DNA of 64,000 nt from Macrostomum hystrix. Its lineage: Eukaryota; Animalia; Platyhelminthes. Numbering within the stretch: the first letter of the stretch is position 1; each line of letters starts with the position of its first letter. Positions 38,261-50,740 of this stretch are shown here, in pieces. A program made the position numbers and the translations under genes. The stretch lies in contig CATNEN010000005.1 in the NCBI GenBank assembly GCA_950097015.1, positions 930,001 to 994,000 on the forward strand, written 5' to 3'. The notes under the pieces are model-generated. The model searched no databases and had not been told where the DNA came from. It saw only the letters and a list, made by a program, of their open reading frames with translations.

Positions 38261-39965
38261 CGTAAGCAACAAATTTTTTTTTAGTAGGTTCACTTTGCTA
38301 AGCTTTTTTCATTTTTTCAGTAAAATACTTTTTGTCTTGAAATCATTTTGCTGTCCTTGAACTCTTTCCGATGTTCGTTGCACTGTGTCCTAATGTAAGT
38401 AGTAGCATTGAGCGTATTCTGTCAATCTTCTTCCTAGTCAATGCGAAAGTCCGTCTTACATGGAGCTGAAACAGACAGAAAGAGAAAGAGAGCGGAGGGG
38501 GTGGCCAGCGGGTTTTGTTGCCATAGTTGCCGTTCCATTTCCGCTTTGCGACACCCAGCCAGATGAATTTTCCAGCCAAAGCCTTTAATTGTTTCTCTAC
38601 TTCTGTCAGTAGACATCTCTCTATTTTGTATTTTTTGAGAATTCTTTGAACTTCATAGCTTATACGCTGGTATTCTGTTTGGGCTTTTGTGTGCCAAATA
38701 TCGTGAGAGGTTTTACACTGTAACTATTCTCTACACCGGGTCGGTGTGCTACTGTTCAGTCAATTGTAGCAGCGACTGAAATATAATGTTATTGGCTGTG
38801 AAATTGATGTGGGCAAGATGGCGAGCTGCTCCAAACGGAATTCCCAAATAGAAAAATAACAAATCCCAATCACAATCCCAATTGAAAGGCTGATTTTATT
38901 TGATTATAATAATTCTTTGACCCGATTAATTAACTTTAAGGCTTCATTTTCCACCCGCGCTTACAATATCAATTTAGGTTCTTCGGTGATTAACACAATA
39001 CGGAAAATTATCAAACTCCACATATCGAATGCGTGGGGACACTAGTAAAATACACGCGAACAAAGGCAGAGGAGAGATGATGATCGAGAGGTAGCTGACC
39101 AAATAACAGGTAGTAAAATAATTATTCCTAAGCTGGCCAAAATCCGCGCCTACTCTGCAGGTGAGGTCACCAATGGTCTGCGGTTTCTGCGAGGCTCCAA
39201 CAATTCCTATCGGTACCTCTCCTTTGCCAAACGGCGAGATCCTCAGGGTCGCTCAATCAACGATCCCTCTAGACGACCTGCGCCAATTGAAGGTTTCGTC
39301 AGCGAGACTCCTGCAGTCGGGCAGGGCAATCAAGAGCCGTGAGGTGCTCTGAGCCGGGGCAGACTGGAAAATGTTTCCCTCGCGCACGCTGATTGGTCGG
39401 CACCGCAGCTCAGGGGTAGATTTTGGGGTGGCTAGCTGAGCTGTAAGCTGAGTAAAAAAAGAATGCAAAAAAGAACTATAAAAACATCATTTTCATTGAA
39501 AAAAGCTTAACAATAAAAATGAATTTCGTCTTCAATTAAAGATGCATCTCACACATTCTCATTAGCCGGCTGCAAAGTCCCATCCAGTTCTAACAAGTTC
39601 TAACTTTGTTCGCGTGGCTAATTGGTCTGTTGATATTTTATTCGGAATGACGCTTCTGTTTTTGCTCCTAAAAGGGGATCAACTTCTTCAGTATATCCCT
39701 GCAATCACAGACGCAGAAAACTACAATAGAAAGGCGATTATATAGACAGCAATAAAACAGCAGCAGAGTAGGTCAGTGTCGAAAAAATTATATGAAGCAC
39801 TTAACTGCTGGTAGTTACAAACTAAGTAACTAACACTTCGCACATCTGACGCTCCCAGAAAGAAACCCCGAAAGCTTAACAGTTCCAAACTGCTTTTCCA
39901 CTGTCGAAGGACAAACAATCAAATCAAAAGACAATCAACATTCAAGACGGCCAGAAATTCGCTTC

Positions 39966-40880
39966 TCAGCAGATCTGAAGCAAGAGAGCCACTTCAGCGC
40001 TGCTCAGAGCCCTCTGGGACACTCCGAAGCATTTCATGAAGCCCTGGAACACTCGGTTGTGCGTGGCAGAGCGAGTGATCGCTCCGATCTGCACCATGTT
40101 GCCAAAGTTCGCACAGGATGTCACGGCGACTGAAGAGCCACTGCTGGCCAGAGTTCCGTTCACGTAGATCCAGAAGGCCGGTGTGTTTCTGTTGTACACT
40201 GCAGCGATGTGAGTCCAACCACTGGCAGTGTCAGTGGGTCCAGGCACTATCAGCTGGGACACAGGGGATGTAATTATGAACTGAATATCAGTGCTAGCAG
40301 GATGCAGCCAGAGACGGGTGAAAAATCCAGTTGGCATCGTCAGGCCTTCGAAAAGAGGCATGGCGCCTCGAGATTGGTTCGACACCTTCACCCACACAGA
40401 GAACGTGAAGCTCGTGAGACACTCTGAAGCCAGCTGGTCGATGTTGAATCGCTCATTCACATCGAACTGACCAGTGAAGTTGACCGCACTGTCCGTGTAC
40501 TGCATGGCCATGTTCTCCTGCAGGTCGAGATGGCCGCTGTTCGAGGCCACATTGCGGCTGCGAGTGGCGTTGTTCATGGGCCAGAAGGCGACGAGGCTGA
40601 GCTGACGCAGGACGCTCCACATCTCGCAGTCGGTGTCGTTCGAGAGTCGCACAGTTTGCACGCTGTCCAACACGTTGCAGACGCCTGTGCGGTAGCTCCA
40701 GCCGATGCAGAGACGGAGCTGAGAGCAGAGGAAGGCGCACGAGCGAGCGCTTGAGGCCGTCAGCAGGTGTTGGGGAGACTGAGCGACCACGCAGCCTCCC
40801 AATGAGACGTTTCTGTAGGCTGTTCGGCACTCGCATAGGCCAGCAATGGCCAGCAGAATCAGCATGTACAGTTGGGCCAT
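39966..40880 (-). CDS. Secreted PAN/apple + LamG domain protein, copy 2 (304 aa, intronless)
   Basis: Signal peptide MAQLYMLILLAIAGLCEC; near-identical to copy 1 from GGCVVAQ onward. Start set at ATG 40880. Confidence 0.82.
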   Translation of the reverse strand: MAQLYMLILLAIAGLCECRTAYRNVSLGGCVVAQSPQHLLTASSARSCAFLCSQLRLCIGWSYRTGVCNVLDSVQTVRLSNDTDCEMWSVLRQLSLVAFWPMNNATRSRNVASNSGHLDLQENMAMQYTDSAVNFTGQFDVNERFNIDQLASECLTSFTFSVWVKVSNQSRGAMPLFEGLTMPTGFFTRLWLHPASTDIQFIITSPVSQLIVPGPTDTASGWTHIAAVYNRNTPAFWIYVNGTLASSGSSVAVTSCANFGNMVQIGAITRSATHNRVFQGFMKCFGVSQRALSSAEVALLLQIC

Positions 40881-41299
40881 TGTTGTCAAGTCAATGATTT
40901 TTGCTATTGTGGCATGTACCGTATAATAGAGCCAGGGTTAGAGAGTTGATATTCTTTTATTTAGCTGGTTCCTTAAGCTTCTACCTTGCAATTGGCTGGA
41001 TATCCTTGCAACCAATGCGACTTGGGGATTTAATTGGCCAATTCAGTCTCAGAAGTTTTTGCTGCAAAGGCGAAGAAAAAATCTTTCCAGCCTTCTCTCA
41101 GGGCTTTGCAGATCCTTTTTCTTTCTTTAATTTACAGTTCTAAATTTTTGTTTTTTTATTGACAAGCAAGCAACGTTCACAATACTACTTAGCAGTAGGG
41201 CGTATTGATTTCGTGTCATCTATTTTCTTTAAGTAATGAATTAAAAAAAACTTACAGAATATGATATCTTGGGGCATTTCATGTGGATAAGTGCACATT

Positions 41300-41380
41300 G
41301 ATACGGAGGCAATTCTGCCCATTCCGCTGACTCCTGAGCACATCCCAACCACACACACACGCACACACTTAATTCCGAAA
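41300..41380 (-). mobile_element. SINE family A, short internal fragment
   Basis: Reverse complement of TGTGCTCAGGAGTCAGCG.AATGGGCAGAATTGCCTCC. Confidence 0.5.
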
Positions 41381-42590
41381 CGAGTTCGTGCTCAAGACTG
41401 CTACAAATAACTAATTGTGTTTTGCACTTTAGCAAAAACAATTTTTTAACACTTATCCCATTCCGAAAATGCTTATTTCAATTATCTTTATACTTTCTGC
41501 GTGTTAGAATAACAAATCAAAGTAGAGATACGAGCTATATTTTCGTAAAAGATAATGCATGTTCCTTCACGTTTGTTCTAAATTATGTAGTCTACATTAC
41601 ATAAAGTACAGGCCAGCACGTGATGTAGCAGTTTTAAAAGGCTGACTGTTAATTAATTCCGCCTACCAAAAGAAATCCTCATTTTGACGTCAAGCAGACT
41701 GGGCGAGGTCTGAGTTGCACCTTTGCTGACTGGAACGAAAAGTGGGGCAATCGACAGGTGTAAAGTAATTAAAATGCAAGCTTGTTCATAGCTAGATTAG
41801 CATGCCAAGGTCAACTGATAGGCCGTGGATAACATATGTTTGTTGTAGCCCATTGGTTAGAGTATCAAAATTGTGGGTGCCGTGGTCTTCAACTCGGTCT
41901 TCTTACGAGTGGGACGTAAAACTGTGCTTGCCCAATCGATCGATAAAACGACAGCCAATTAGGAAAGGCTTATGGGATTGGCGAACGCGAAGGACGACAG
42001 CCAATCAGAGCTCTCAACCAATGATTAACAAGATAATGTTATGGTATGCGCTTTTCTTTACAAAGGCAATAAATTTCAAGCTCAGTCTAAATGCATTTTA
42101 GTAGTTTTAGTAGCACATAAAGAGTAACATTTGCATTTATATTTGCGTGGATCTTTGTGATTAAGGCTAACGGTTTACGGCTGCATAAAATATATATTAA
42201 GTGCAGAACCAATTTAAAAATCGTAGGCTTATCCCATTAAAGATATTTTTTAAAGCATTTTGATTATAAAAATCTGTTGTCAGTCTTTTTGTGTGGCTTC
42301 TGTTTTGAAAAGAAACGAGGTGAAAGTTGGTCTATTGTCAAGCCACTGGACAAGTTTATGAATCTAGCAAGGTAGAGTTCACAGTTTGATATTTATTGCT
42401 TGCGGTACAGTGCCGCATTGCAGCTAACGTCTCAGTCATCAAATGCCGATAAATGAAGCCCTTTAAAATATTCTATGCAACCAAGTATTTGCTTAATTAG
42501 AACAGATTTTATTCATGTAGAACCGATACTAAAAGTTTAAGTGACTACCAATAGCCTGATTATATTGTCATTTAAGAGTATAAAACGTTA

Positions 42591-43850
42591 CTCTAGTGTC
42601 TAACACATTATTCTAGTGTCTAACACATTATTCTAGTGTCTAACACATTATTCTAGTGTCTAACACATTATTCTAGTGTCTAACACATTATTCTAGTTTC
42701 TAACACATTATTCTAGTGTCTAACACATTATTCGAGTGTCTAACACGTTATTCTAGTGTCTAACACATTATTCTAGTGTCTAACACATTATTCTAGTGTC
42801 TAACACATTATTCTAGTGTCTAACACATTACTCTAGTGTCTAACACATTATTCTAGTGTCTAACACGTTATTCTAGTGTCTAACACATTATTCTAGTGTC
42901 TAACACATTATTCTAGTATCTAACACATTATTCTAGTGTCTAACACATTATTCTAGTGTCTAACACATTACTCTAGTGTCTAACACATTATTCTAGTGTC
43001 TAACACATTATTCTAGTGTCTAACACATTACTCTAGTGTCTAACACATTATTCTAGTGTCTAACACATTATTCTAGTGTCTAACACATTATTCTAGTGCC
43101 TAACACATTATTCTAGTGTCTAAAACATTATTCTAGTGTCTAACACATTATTCTAGTGTCTAACACATTATTCTAGTGTCTAACACATTATTCTAGTGTC
43201 TAACACATTATTCTAGTGTCTAACACATTATTCTAGTGTCTAACACATTACTCTAATGTCTGACACATTATTCTAACACATTATTCTAGTGTCTAACACA
43301 TTATTCTAGTGTCTAACACATTACTCTAGTGTCTAACACATTATTCTAGTGTCTAACACATTACTCTAGCGTCTAACACATTATTCTAACACATTATTCT
43401 AGTGTCTAACACATTATTCTAGTGTCTAACACATTATTCTAGTGTCTAACACATTATTCTAGTGTCTAACACATTATTCTAGTGTCTAACACATTATTCT
43501 AGTGTCTAACACATTATTCTAGTGTCTAACACATTATTCTAGTGTCTAATACATTATTCTAGTGTCTAACACATTATTCTAGTGTCTAACACATTACTCT
43601 AGCGTCTAACACATTACTCTAGCGTCTAACACATTACTCTAGTGTCTAACACATTACTCTAGTGTCTAACACATTATTCTAACACATTGTTTTAGTGTCT
43701 AACACATTACTCTAGTGTCTAACACATTATTCTAACACGTTATTATAGTGTCTAAAACATTACTCTAATGTCTGACACATTATTCTAGTGTCTAACACAT
43801 TATTCTAGTGTCCAACACATTATTCTAGTGTCCAACACATTATTCTAGCG
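42591..43850. repeat. 20-bp minisatellite (CTAGTGTCTAACACATTATT), ~63 units
   Basis: Period 20. Confidence 0.96.
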
Positions 43851-44231
43851 TCTTAATACGTCAGTCGTAACTAATTTGATTGGCAAATTCTAACATATTT
43901 TTATTGCTGATTTTCTCACTCGATTCTAAATTTTATTTCGAAGATTTCGCAGCTACCTAATACCTTAGGAATGTTCTTTTCAAAAAGGAAGTTGAAAAAA
44001 TAATTTTTCTGAAATTTTTTTCCTAACTAGACTCACTAATAGGAGGCAAAGTAAGCCTAGCAACTATTACGAGAAAAGGTGCAAGAGATTTTATTGCCTC
44101 TCGAAATCTTGCTCCATAGGTGAGGACTTAGGTTTGCACTTTTATTATTAAATTCATCAAACTTTTTTCGCTACTAACTTTCTTGTCATTATTCTCGAAT
44201 TTCTCCTAATTACACATCTTCCAATCTCCAA

Positions 44232-47200
44232 ATCCTGCGGTCTCATTCTCTCCCTATCCTACAGTCTCATTCTCTCCCCATCCTACAGTCTCATTCTCTC
44301 CCAATCCTACAGTCTCATTCTCCCCCTATCCTACAGTCTCATTCTACCCCTATCCTACAGTCTCATTCTCTCCCTATCCTACAGTCTCATTCTCTCCCAA
44401 TCCTACAGTCTCATTCTACCCCTATCCTACAGTCTCATTCTCCCCCTATCCTACAGTCTCATTCTCCCCCTATCCTACAGTCTCATTCTCCCCCTATCCT
44501 ACAGTCTCATTCTCTCCCTATCCTACAGTCTCATTCTCCCCCTATCCTACAGTCTCATTCTACCCCTATCCTACAGTCTCATTCTCTCCCTATCCTACAG
44601 TCTCATTCTCTCCCTATCCTACAGTCTCATTCTCCCCCTATCCTACAGTCTCATTCTACCCCTATCGTACAGTCTCATTCTCTCCCTATCCTACAGTCTC
44701 ATTCTCCCCCTATCCTACAGTCTCATTCTCCCCCCTATCCTACAGTCTCATTCTCTCCCTATCCTACAGTCTCATTCTCCCCCTATCCTACAGTCTCATT
44801 CTCTCCCAATCCTACAGTCTCATTCTCCCCCTATCCTACAGTCTCATTCTCCCCCTATCCTACAGTCTCATTCTCTCCCTATCCTACAGTCTCATTCTCT
44901 CCCAATCCTACAGTCTCATTCTACCCCTATCCTACAGTCTCATTCTCCCCCTATCCTACAGTCTCATTCTCTCCCAATCCTACAGTCTCATTCTCCCCCT
45001 ATCCTACAGTCTCATTCTCTCCCAATCCTACAGTCTCATTCTCCCCCTATCCTACAGTCTCATTCTCTCCCTATCCTACAGTCTCATTCTCTCCCTATCC
45101 TACAGTCTCATTCTCTCCCAATCCTACAGTCTCATTCTCCCCCTATCCTACAGTCTCATTCTCTCCCAATCCTACAGTCTCATTCTCCCCCTATCCTACA
45201 GTCTCATTCTACCCCTATCCTACAGTCTCATTCTCCCCCTATCCTACAGTCTCATTCTACCCCTATCCTACAGTCTCATTCTCTCCCTATCCTACAGTCA
45301 CATTCTCTCCCTATCCTACAGTCTCATTCTCCCCCTATCCTACAGTCTCATTCTCCCCCTATCCTACAGTCTCATTCTACCCCTATCCTACAGTCTCATT
45401 CTCCCCCTATCCTACAGTCTCATTCTCCCCCTATCCTACAGTCTCATTCTACCCCTATCGTACAGTCTCATTCTCTCCCTATCCTACAGTCTCATTCTCC
45501 CCCTATCCTACAGTCTCATTCTCTCCCTATCCTACAGTCTCATTCTCTCCCTATCCTACAGTCTCATTCTCTCCCAATCCTACAGTCTCATTCTCCCCCT
45601 ATCCTACAGTCTCATTCTCTCCCAATCCTACAGTCTCATTCTCCCCCTATCCTACAGTCTCATTCTACCCCTATCCTACAGTCTCATTCTCTCCCTATCC
45701 TACAGTCTCATTCTCTCCCAATCCTACAGTCTCATTCTCCCCCTATCCTACAGTCTCATTCTCTCCCAATCCTACAGTCTCATTCTCCCCCTATCCTACA
45801 GTCTCATTCTACCCCTATCCTACAGTCTCATTCTCTCCCTATCCTACAGTCTCATTCTCTCCCAATCCTACAGTCTCATTCTGCCCCTATCCTACAGTCT
45901 CATTCTCTCCCTATCCTACAGTCTCATTCTCTCCCTATCCTACAGTCTCATTCTCTCCCTATCCTACAGTCTCATTCTCCCCCTATCCTACAGTCTCATT
46001 CTCCCCCTATCCTACAGTCACATTCTCTCCCTATCCTACAGTCTCATTCTCCCCCTATCCTACAGTCTCATTTTCCCCCAATCCTACAGTCTCATTCTAC
46101 CCCTATCCTACAGTCTCATTCTCTCCCAATCCTACAGTCTCATTCTCCCCCCTATCCTACAGTCTCATTCTCTCCCAATCCTACAGTCTCATTCTCCCCC
46201 TATCCTACAGTCTCATTCTCTCCCTATCCTACAGTCTCATTCTCTCCCTATCCTACAGTCTCATTCTCTCCCTATCCTACAGTCTCATTCTCCCCCTATC
46301 CTACAGTCTCATTCTCTCCCAATCCTACAGTCTCATTCTCTCCCAATCCTACAGTCTCATTCTCCCCCTATCCTACAGTCTCATTCTACCCCTATCCTAC
46401 AGTCTCATTCTCTCCCTATCCTACAGTCTCATTCTCTCCCAATCCTACAGTCTCATTCTCCCCCTATCCTACAGTCTCATTCTCTCCCAATCCAACAGTC
46501 TCATTCTCCCCCTATCCTACAGTCTCATTCTACCCCTATCCTACAGTCTCATTCTCTCCCTATCCTACAGTCTCATTCTCTCCCAATCCTACAGTCTCAT
46601 TCTGCCCCTATCCTACAGTCTCATTCTCTCCCTATCCTACAGTCTCATTCTCTCCCTATCCTACAGTCTCCTTCTCTCCCTATCCTACAGTCTCATTCTC
46701 CCCCTATCCTACAGTCTCATTCTCCCCCTATCCTACAGTCACATTCTCTCCCTATCCTACAGTCTCATTCTCCCCCTATCCTACAGTCTCATTCTCCCCC
46801 TATCCTACAGTCTCATTCTACCCCTATCCTACAGTCTCATTCTCTCCCAATCCTACAGTCTCATTCTCCCCCCTATCCTACAGTCTCATTCTCTCCCAAT
46901 CCTACAGTCTCATTCTCCCCCTATCCTACAGTCTCATTCTCTCTCTATCCTACAGTCTCATTCTCTCCCTATCCTACAGTCTCATTCTCTCCCAATCCTA
47001 CAGTCTCATTCTCCCCCTATCCTACAGTCTCATTCTCTCCCAATCCTACAGTCTCATTCTCCCCCTATCCTACAGTCTCATTCTACCCCTATCCTACAGT
47101 CTCATTCTCTCCCTATCCTACAGTCTCATTCTCCCCCTATCCTACAGTCTCATTCTCCCCCTATCCTACAGTCTCATTCTCCCCCTATCCTACAGTCTCA

Positions 47201-47791
47201 TTCTCCCCCTATCCTACAGTCTCATTCTCCCCCTATCCTACAGTCTCATTCTCTCCCTATCCTACAGTCTCATTCTACCCCTATCCTACAGTCTCATTCT
47301 CTCCCTATCCTACAGTCTCATTCTCTCCCTATCCTACAGTCTCATTCTCTCCCTATCCTACAGTCTCATTCTACCCCTATCCTACAGTCTCATTCTCTCC
47401 CTATCCTACAGTCTCATTCTACCCCTATCCTACAGTCTCATTCTCCCCCTATCCTACAGTCTCATCCTCCCCCAATCCTACAGTCTCATTCTCCCCCTAT
47501 CCTACAGTCTCATTCTCTCCCTATCCTGCGGTCTCATTCTCTCCCTATCCTATAGTCTCATTCTCCCCCTATCCTACAGTCTCATTCTCTCCCTATCCTA
47601 CAGTCTCATTCTCCCCCTATCCTACAGTATCATTCTCCCCCTATCCTACAGTCTCATTCTCCCCCTATCCTACAGTCTCATTCTCTCCCTATCCTACAGT
47701 CTCATTCTCCCCCTATCCTACAGTCTCATTCTCTCCCTATCCTACAGTCTCATTCTACCCCTATCCTACAGTCTCATTCTCCCCCTATCCT
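44232..47791. repeat. 24-bp minisatellite (CCTACAGTCTCATTCTCCCCCTAT), ~148 units
   Basis: Period 24. Confidence 0.97.
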
Positions 47792-47898
47792 AAAAAACTA
47801 AATTTAAGTATTTCAGCCGTTTGTTTGACATTTCCATGTTTAATGGTGTAGCGGTAGGATCAATGAAAAATCATTTGAAGAATTCAGATAAACAAGAA

Positions 47899-48878
47899 AG
47901 TAGTATGCAAGAGGGGGCTTCTAGGACAAAAATAATCGCAGCCTCCATTATCCACAAACCATTACTTTTATTATTCCCGAAGAGATCAGGAAAAAAAGGG
48001 TCCCCGCCTCTCTCTAAAAAACTCCGTCTCCATATTCTAAATTCTCTACTTTTAATATCCCACATCAGTTTGTAAGTTGAATATCTAGGACAAAAATTAT
48101 CGCAGCCTCCTTAATGCACAAACCATTACCTTTCCTGAAGGAACAAGGTTCCCCCGCCAAAAAAAAATACTTTCCAGTTTGTGAGTTGCACATCTTGGAC
48201 AAAACAAATTATCGCAGCCACTCCCTAAGAGATCATGCACAAAATAGCGAAGCTGCAAAAAGCGTGCCAAGACAATCAAATTAGCACTAAAATCCCATTC
48301 CCAAAACTCAAGACCCCAAACCTTGGGTGCTCATCCTCCGAAAAAAAATTAAATTCTTATTAAAAATGCTCCCAATCGTCTCTCCAGGATCTTATTACAA
48401 AAGGCATGAGCCTAATTACAAGAGTAAGTACCAATGCAAAAAAGAATGCAGCGAGTACATGAAGAAATATTGTCCCAACGTCGATATCAATGTCCCTAAT
48501 ATTAATCTAGCAGTTAAGAGTCACTGGTTTCATAAGTATGGAGTAACCTACGTCAAGGACTATGACAGCTACTATAACTTTGCAGAAATCATTAAGCAGC
48601 TTACATTCTCTCAATGATCAACGTCAATACAAACTCTTCACCGTTGAAATCAACGCCAACACCATCTTCCGTCTCAAACTGCAGCACAATCTCGTGAATC
48701 TCCTTATTACTTAGCACAACTCTTTTCACTGGATTTGGTTTCTCTACCAGCATCTGTCCTCCAGCAACAGAGTTTGAGATGTTGTACAAAATATTCGTTC
48801 GCTTTCCCTTAAACACCCAATCAAGACTGAGATTACTTCTGATTAGAATATTCAAACCCTTTACAATGTCTGCGATAT
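47899..48878 (+). repeat. Left terminal inverted repeat (980 bp)
   Basis: Reverse complement of 62247-63226; both boundaries map at the same mirror sum (111125); segments compared by eye were identical. Confidence 0.95.
48366..48617 (+). CDS. 83-aa TIR-encoded orphan ORF (left copy)
   Basis: TAAAAATG start context like the other element genes; MLPIVSPGSYYKRHEPNY...IIKQLTFSQ; overlaps the penton 3' end by 17 nt. Confidence 0.5.
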   Translation: MLPIVSPGSYYKRHEPNYKSKYQCKKECSEYMKKYCPNVDINVPNINLAVKSHWFHKYGVTYVKDYDSYYNFAEIIKQLTFSQ

Positions 48879-49398
48879 TAGGTGCTAAGAACAGACCGCT
48901 TTTATACACTTTCTTCTCGAATCCCAATTCCCTATACCATGTGTCATCTTTAAATTCAACCTCAGCATCTTTGTGAACTTGCATGACCACTCTCATTACA
49001 GTGAGATCATAGGATAGTTTGACAGGGAACAGTTTCTGCTCTGGCTTACTCGCATTGGGTGTCTCAAAATGGCCTCTTTTAGTAAAAACACTTTCTAGAA
49101 AGTAATTGTAGGTATCCACACTTTGCGTGCTCACAGGGAATACCACAGCTTCTGCTGCTGTACCTTTCCATTTGTAATGAAACTTATTATTTGCTGCTGT
49201 CACATTGGGAACGTTTGACCAACCAGTGAAGTCGTTAAGATATACATGGTAATTAGCACCTGGATCCAGATGAATCGCCTGCTCTAATTTTTCAACAAAT
49301 ATCCCGTTTGAGTCATTAATTCGCCCTGCTATTGTAATAGGAATGCTCTCCTTAGAGTGAGAAATAATATTATTTATTCTTTCAGCAATCGCTTCCAT
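48601..49398 (-). CDS. Minor capsid protein (penton, single jelly-roll)
   Basis: Polinton penton-like pattern: SNVPNVTAANNKFHY ... ILIRSNL..VFKGKRTNILY..G..LVEKP..IHEIVLQFETEDG..VDFNGEEFVLTLII; lies next to the MCP gene. Confidence 0.85.
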   Translation of the reverse strand: MEAIAERINNIISHSKESIPITIAGRINDSNGIFVEKLEQAIHLDPGANYHVYLNDFTGWSNVPNVTAANNKFHYKWKGTAAEAVVFPVSTQSVDTYNYFLESVFTKRGHFETPNASKPEQKLFPVKLSYDLTVMRVVMQVHKDAEVEFKDDTWYRELGFEKKVYKSGLFLAPNIADIVKGLNILIRSNLSLDWVFKGKRTNILYNISNSVAGGQMLVEKPNPVKRVVLSNKEIHEIVLQFETEDGVGVDFNGEEFVLTLIIERM

Positions 49399-49423
49399 TT
49401 TTTTAGCCCCGAAAAAAAAATAT

Positions 49424-50710
49424 TTAAACTTTACTGGATGAATTGTTGATCATGTTAAGCTTCACCTTCCTCTCGAACGCATAGATAATGTACAGGTCAA
49501 CAGCAGTTGCGGCAGTCCTCTCAATGTTAGTCACGATATTCACAGGGCTGTTGTCAGTAGGCATTTGTCTGGCAGACACATCAGCGCCAAACATCGGATA
49601 AAGAGTTCCATATTGAAGAGCAGTGATAGCAATTCCATTGTTCTCTTTCACAGCCAAGTCGACCAACTCGCTGTAAAATTTGCTAATCTTGTTCTGACTG
49701 AAATTTCCATTTTGTGGCAGTGCGGGGTAAAGATTATCACTGATTTCATGCTGAATGGACCGCACATCTCCATGCATGTAGCGTATAATGTTATTTGGGT
49801 TTCTCATGTTAATAATAATATACCTAGGATTGCTGCATGATCCCTCTTTAATGCAGATGTTTGTTCTGGTTTCGTTTCGCTCATCTCGACACATGTAGGC
49901 CGTGTAGGCGACATCAATGTCCTTCTCTATTGCCTTGAGATAATCTGCTTTTAGTGCGGTCTTTGGCTCAATGACTTCCAAATACAGCTCGATTCCGGTT
50001 AGCTTCACTTCCATCCTAGTGTGGTCCGCCCCAGTCCACAACACTCTACTGCGATCATCTCTAGTCATCTTAAAGGTGTAGCTGAAGTTACTAGTCAGTC
50101 GATTAAATGTATTACAGAATCCACTCATGAATCTCAGTGGTACGAATACATCAACAGTCCGATACAGCGGGTTCTTAGCAGCATCATCAGCACCTTGCAA
50201 CGCATAGTTGTATCTCTTCTTCCTCTTTTTATAGCCACTGTCATTGATATCTCCTTCTTTTTCATCTGCAACGAAACCTGCACCACTCCCCAACTGAATA
50301 AAATCTGGATTCTCGATCAAACAATGAGCGTCATAGACAACTCCAAAGTTGGCGATTCGCTCCAACTCTGTGCTCCCATTCGATACACTAAACTCCTTGA
50401 ACATGTACGCCCAAAAGTTACTGATCAGAGCCACATCTGCATCATGCTTGTCAACGTTAGCATGAGCTGCATCCGCACCTCCCTTTGTCTTGAATTGAAA
50501 TGTCATATGGAAGCCGCTCTTAAGACTGTGCACACTAACCAGAGACGAACATCCATTGTAGGTGAATGTCAGTGTTTGACCAGGACCAAGATTAGTTTCA
50601 TTCTGATTTTCCTGACTGGGAACTCTTACTTGAGTCGCTTTGATTGTGCTATCATCACTCAAAATAGGCTTGTTAATTTTGTAGAAAACTGGTGTCAGTG
50701 GGTCGTTCAT
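49424..50710 (-). CDS. Major capsid protein (double jelly-roll)
   Basis: 428 aa with Polinton MCP-like segments (SDDSTI..NL.PG.TLTF; SNF..YMF..ELE; FVPL..GF; NPRYII; LYP; YP.FG.DVS.Q). Confidence 0.88.
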   Translation of the reverse strand: MNDPLTPVFYKINKPILSDDSTIKATQVRVPSQENQNETNLGPGQTLTFTYNGCSSLVSVHSLKSGFHMTFQFKTKGGADAAHANVDKHDADVALISNFWAYMFKEFSVSNGSTELERIANFGVVYDAHCLIENPDFIQLGSGAGFVADEKEGDINDSGYKKRKKRYNYALQGADDAAKNPLYRTVDVFVPLRFMSGFCNTFNRLTSNFSYTFKMTRDDRSRVLWTGADHTRMEVKLTGIELYLEVIEPKTALKADYLKAIEKDIDVAYTAYMCRDERNETRTNICIKEGSCSNPRYIIINMRNPNNIIRYMHGDVRSIQHEISDNLYPALPQNGNFSQNKISKFYSELVDLAVKENNGIAITALQYGTLYPMFGADVSARQMPTDNSPVNIVTNIERTAATAVDLYIIYAFERKVKLNMINNSSSKV

Positions 50711-50740
50711 TTTTTAAACTAAAAAAAAATAAAATAAGAA

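Larger units (their letters stand above)
33815..40830. repeat. Tandem segmental duplication (about 33815-37430 and 38345-40830) carrying the PAN-LamG gene
   Basis: Matching blocks 33830/38370 and 35005/39575 (offset ~4.55 kb), then 36280/39670 and the genes (offset ~3.4 kb). Confidence 0.75.

Noticed and set aside
39150-39470. GC-rich island with splice-like sites between the PAN-LamG paralogues
   Set aside because: No frame stays open across it on either strand, so it could not be linked to a gene.
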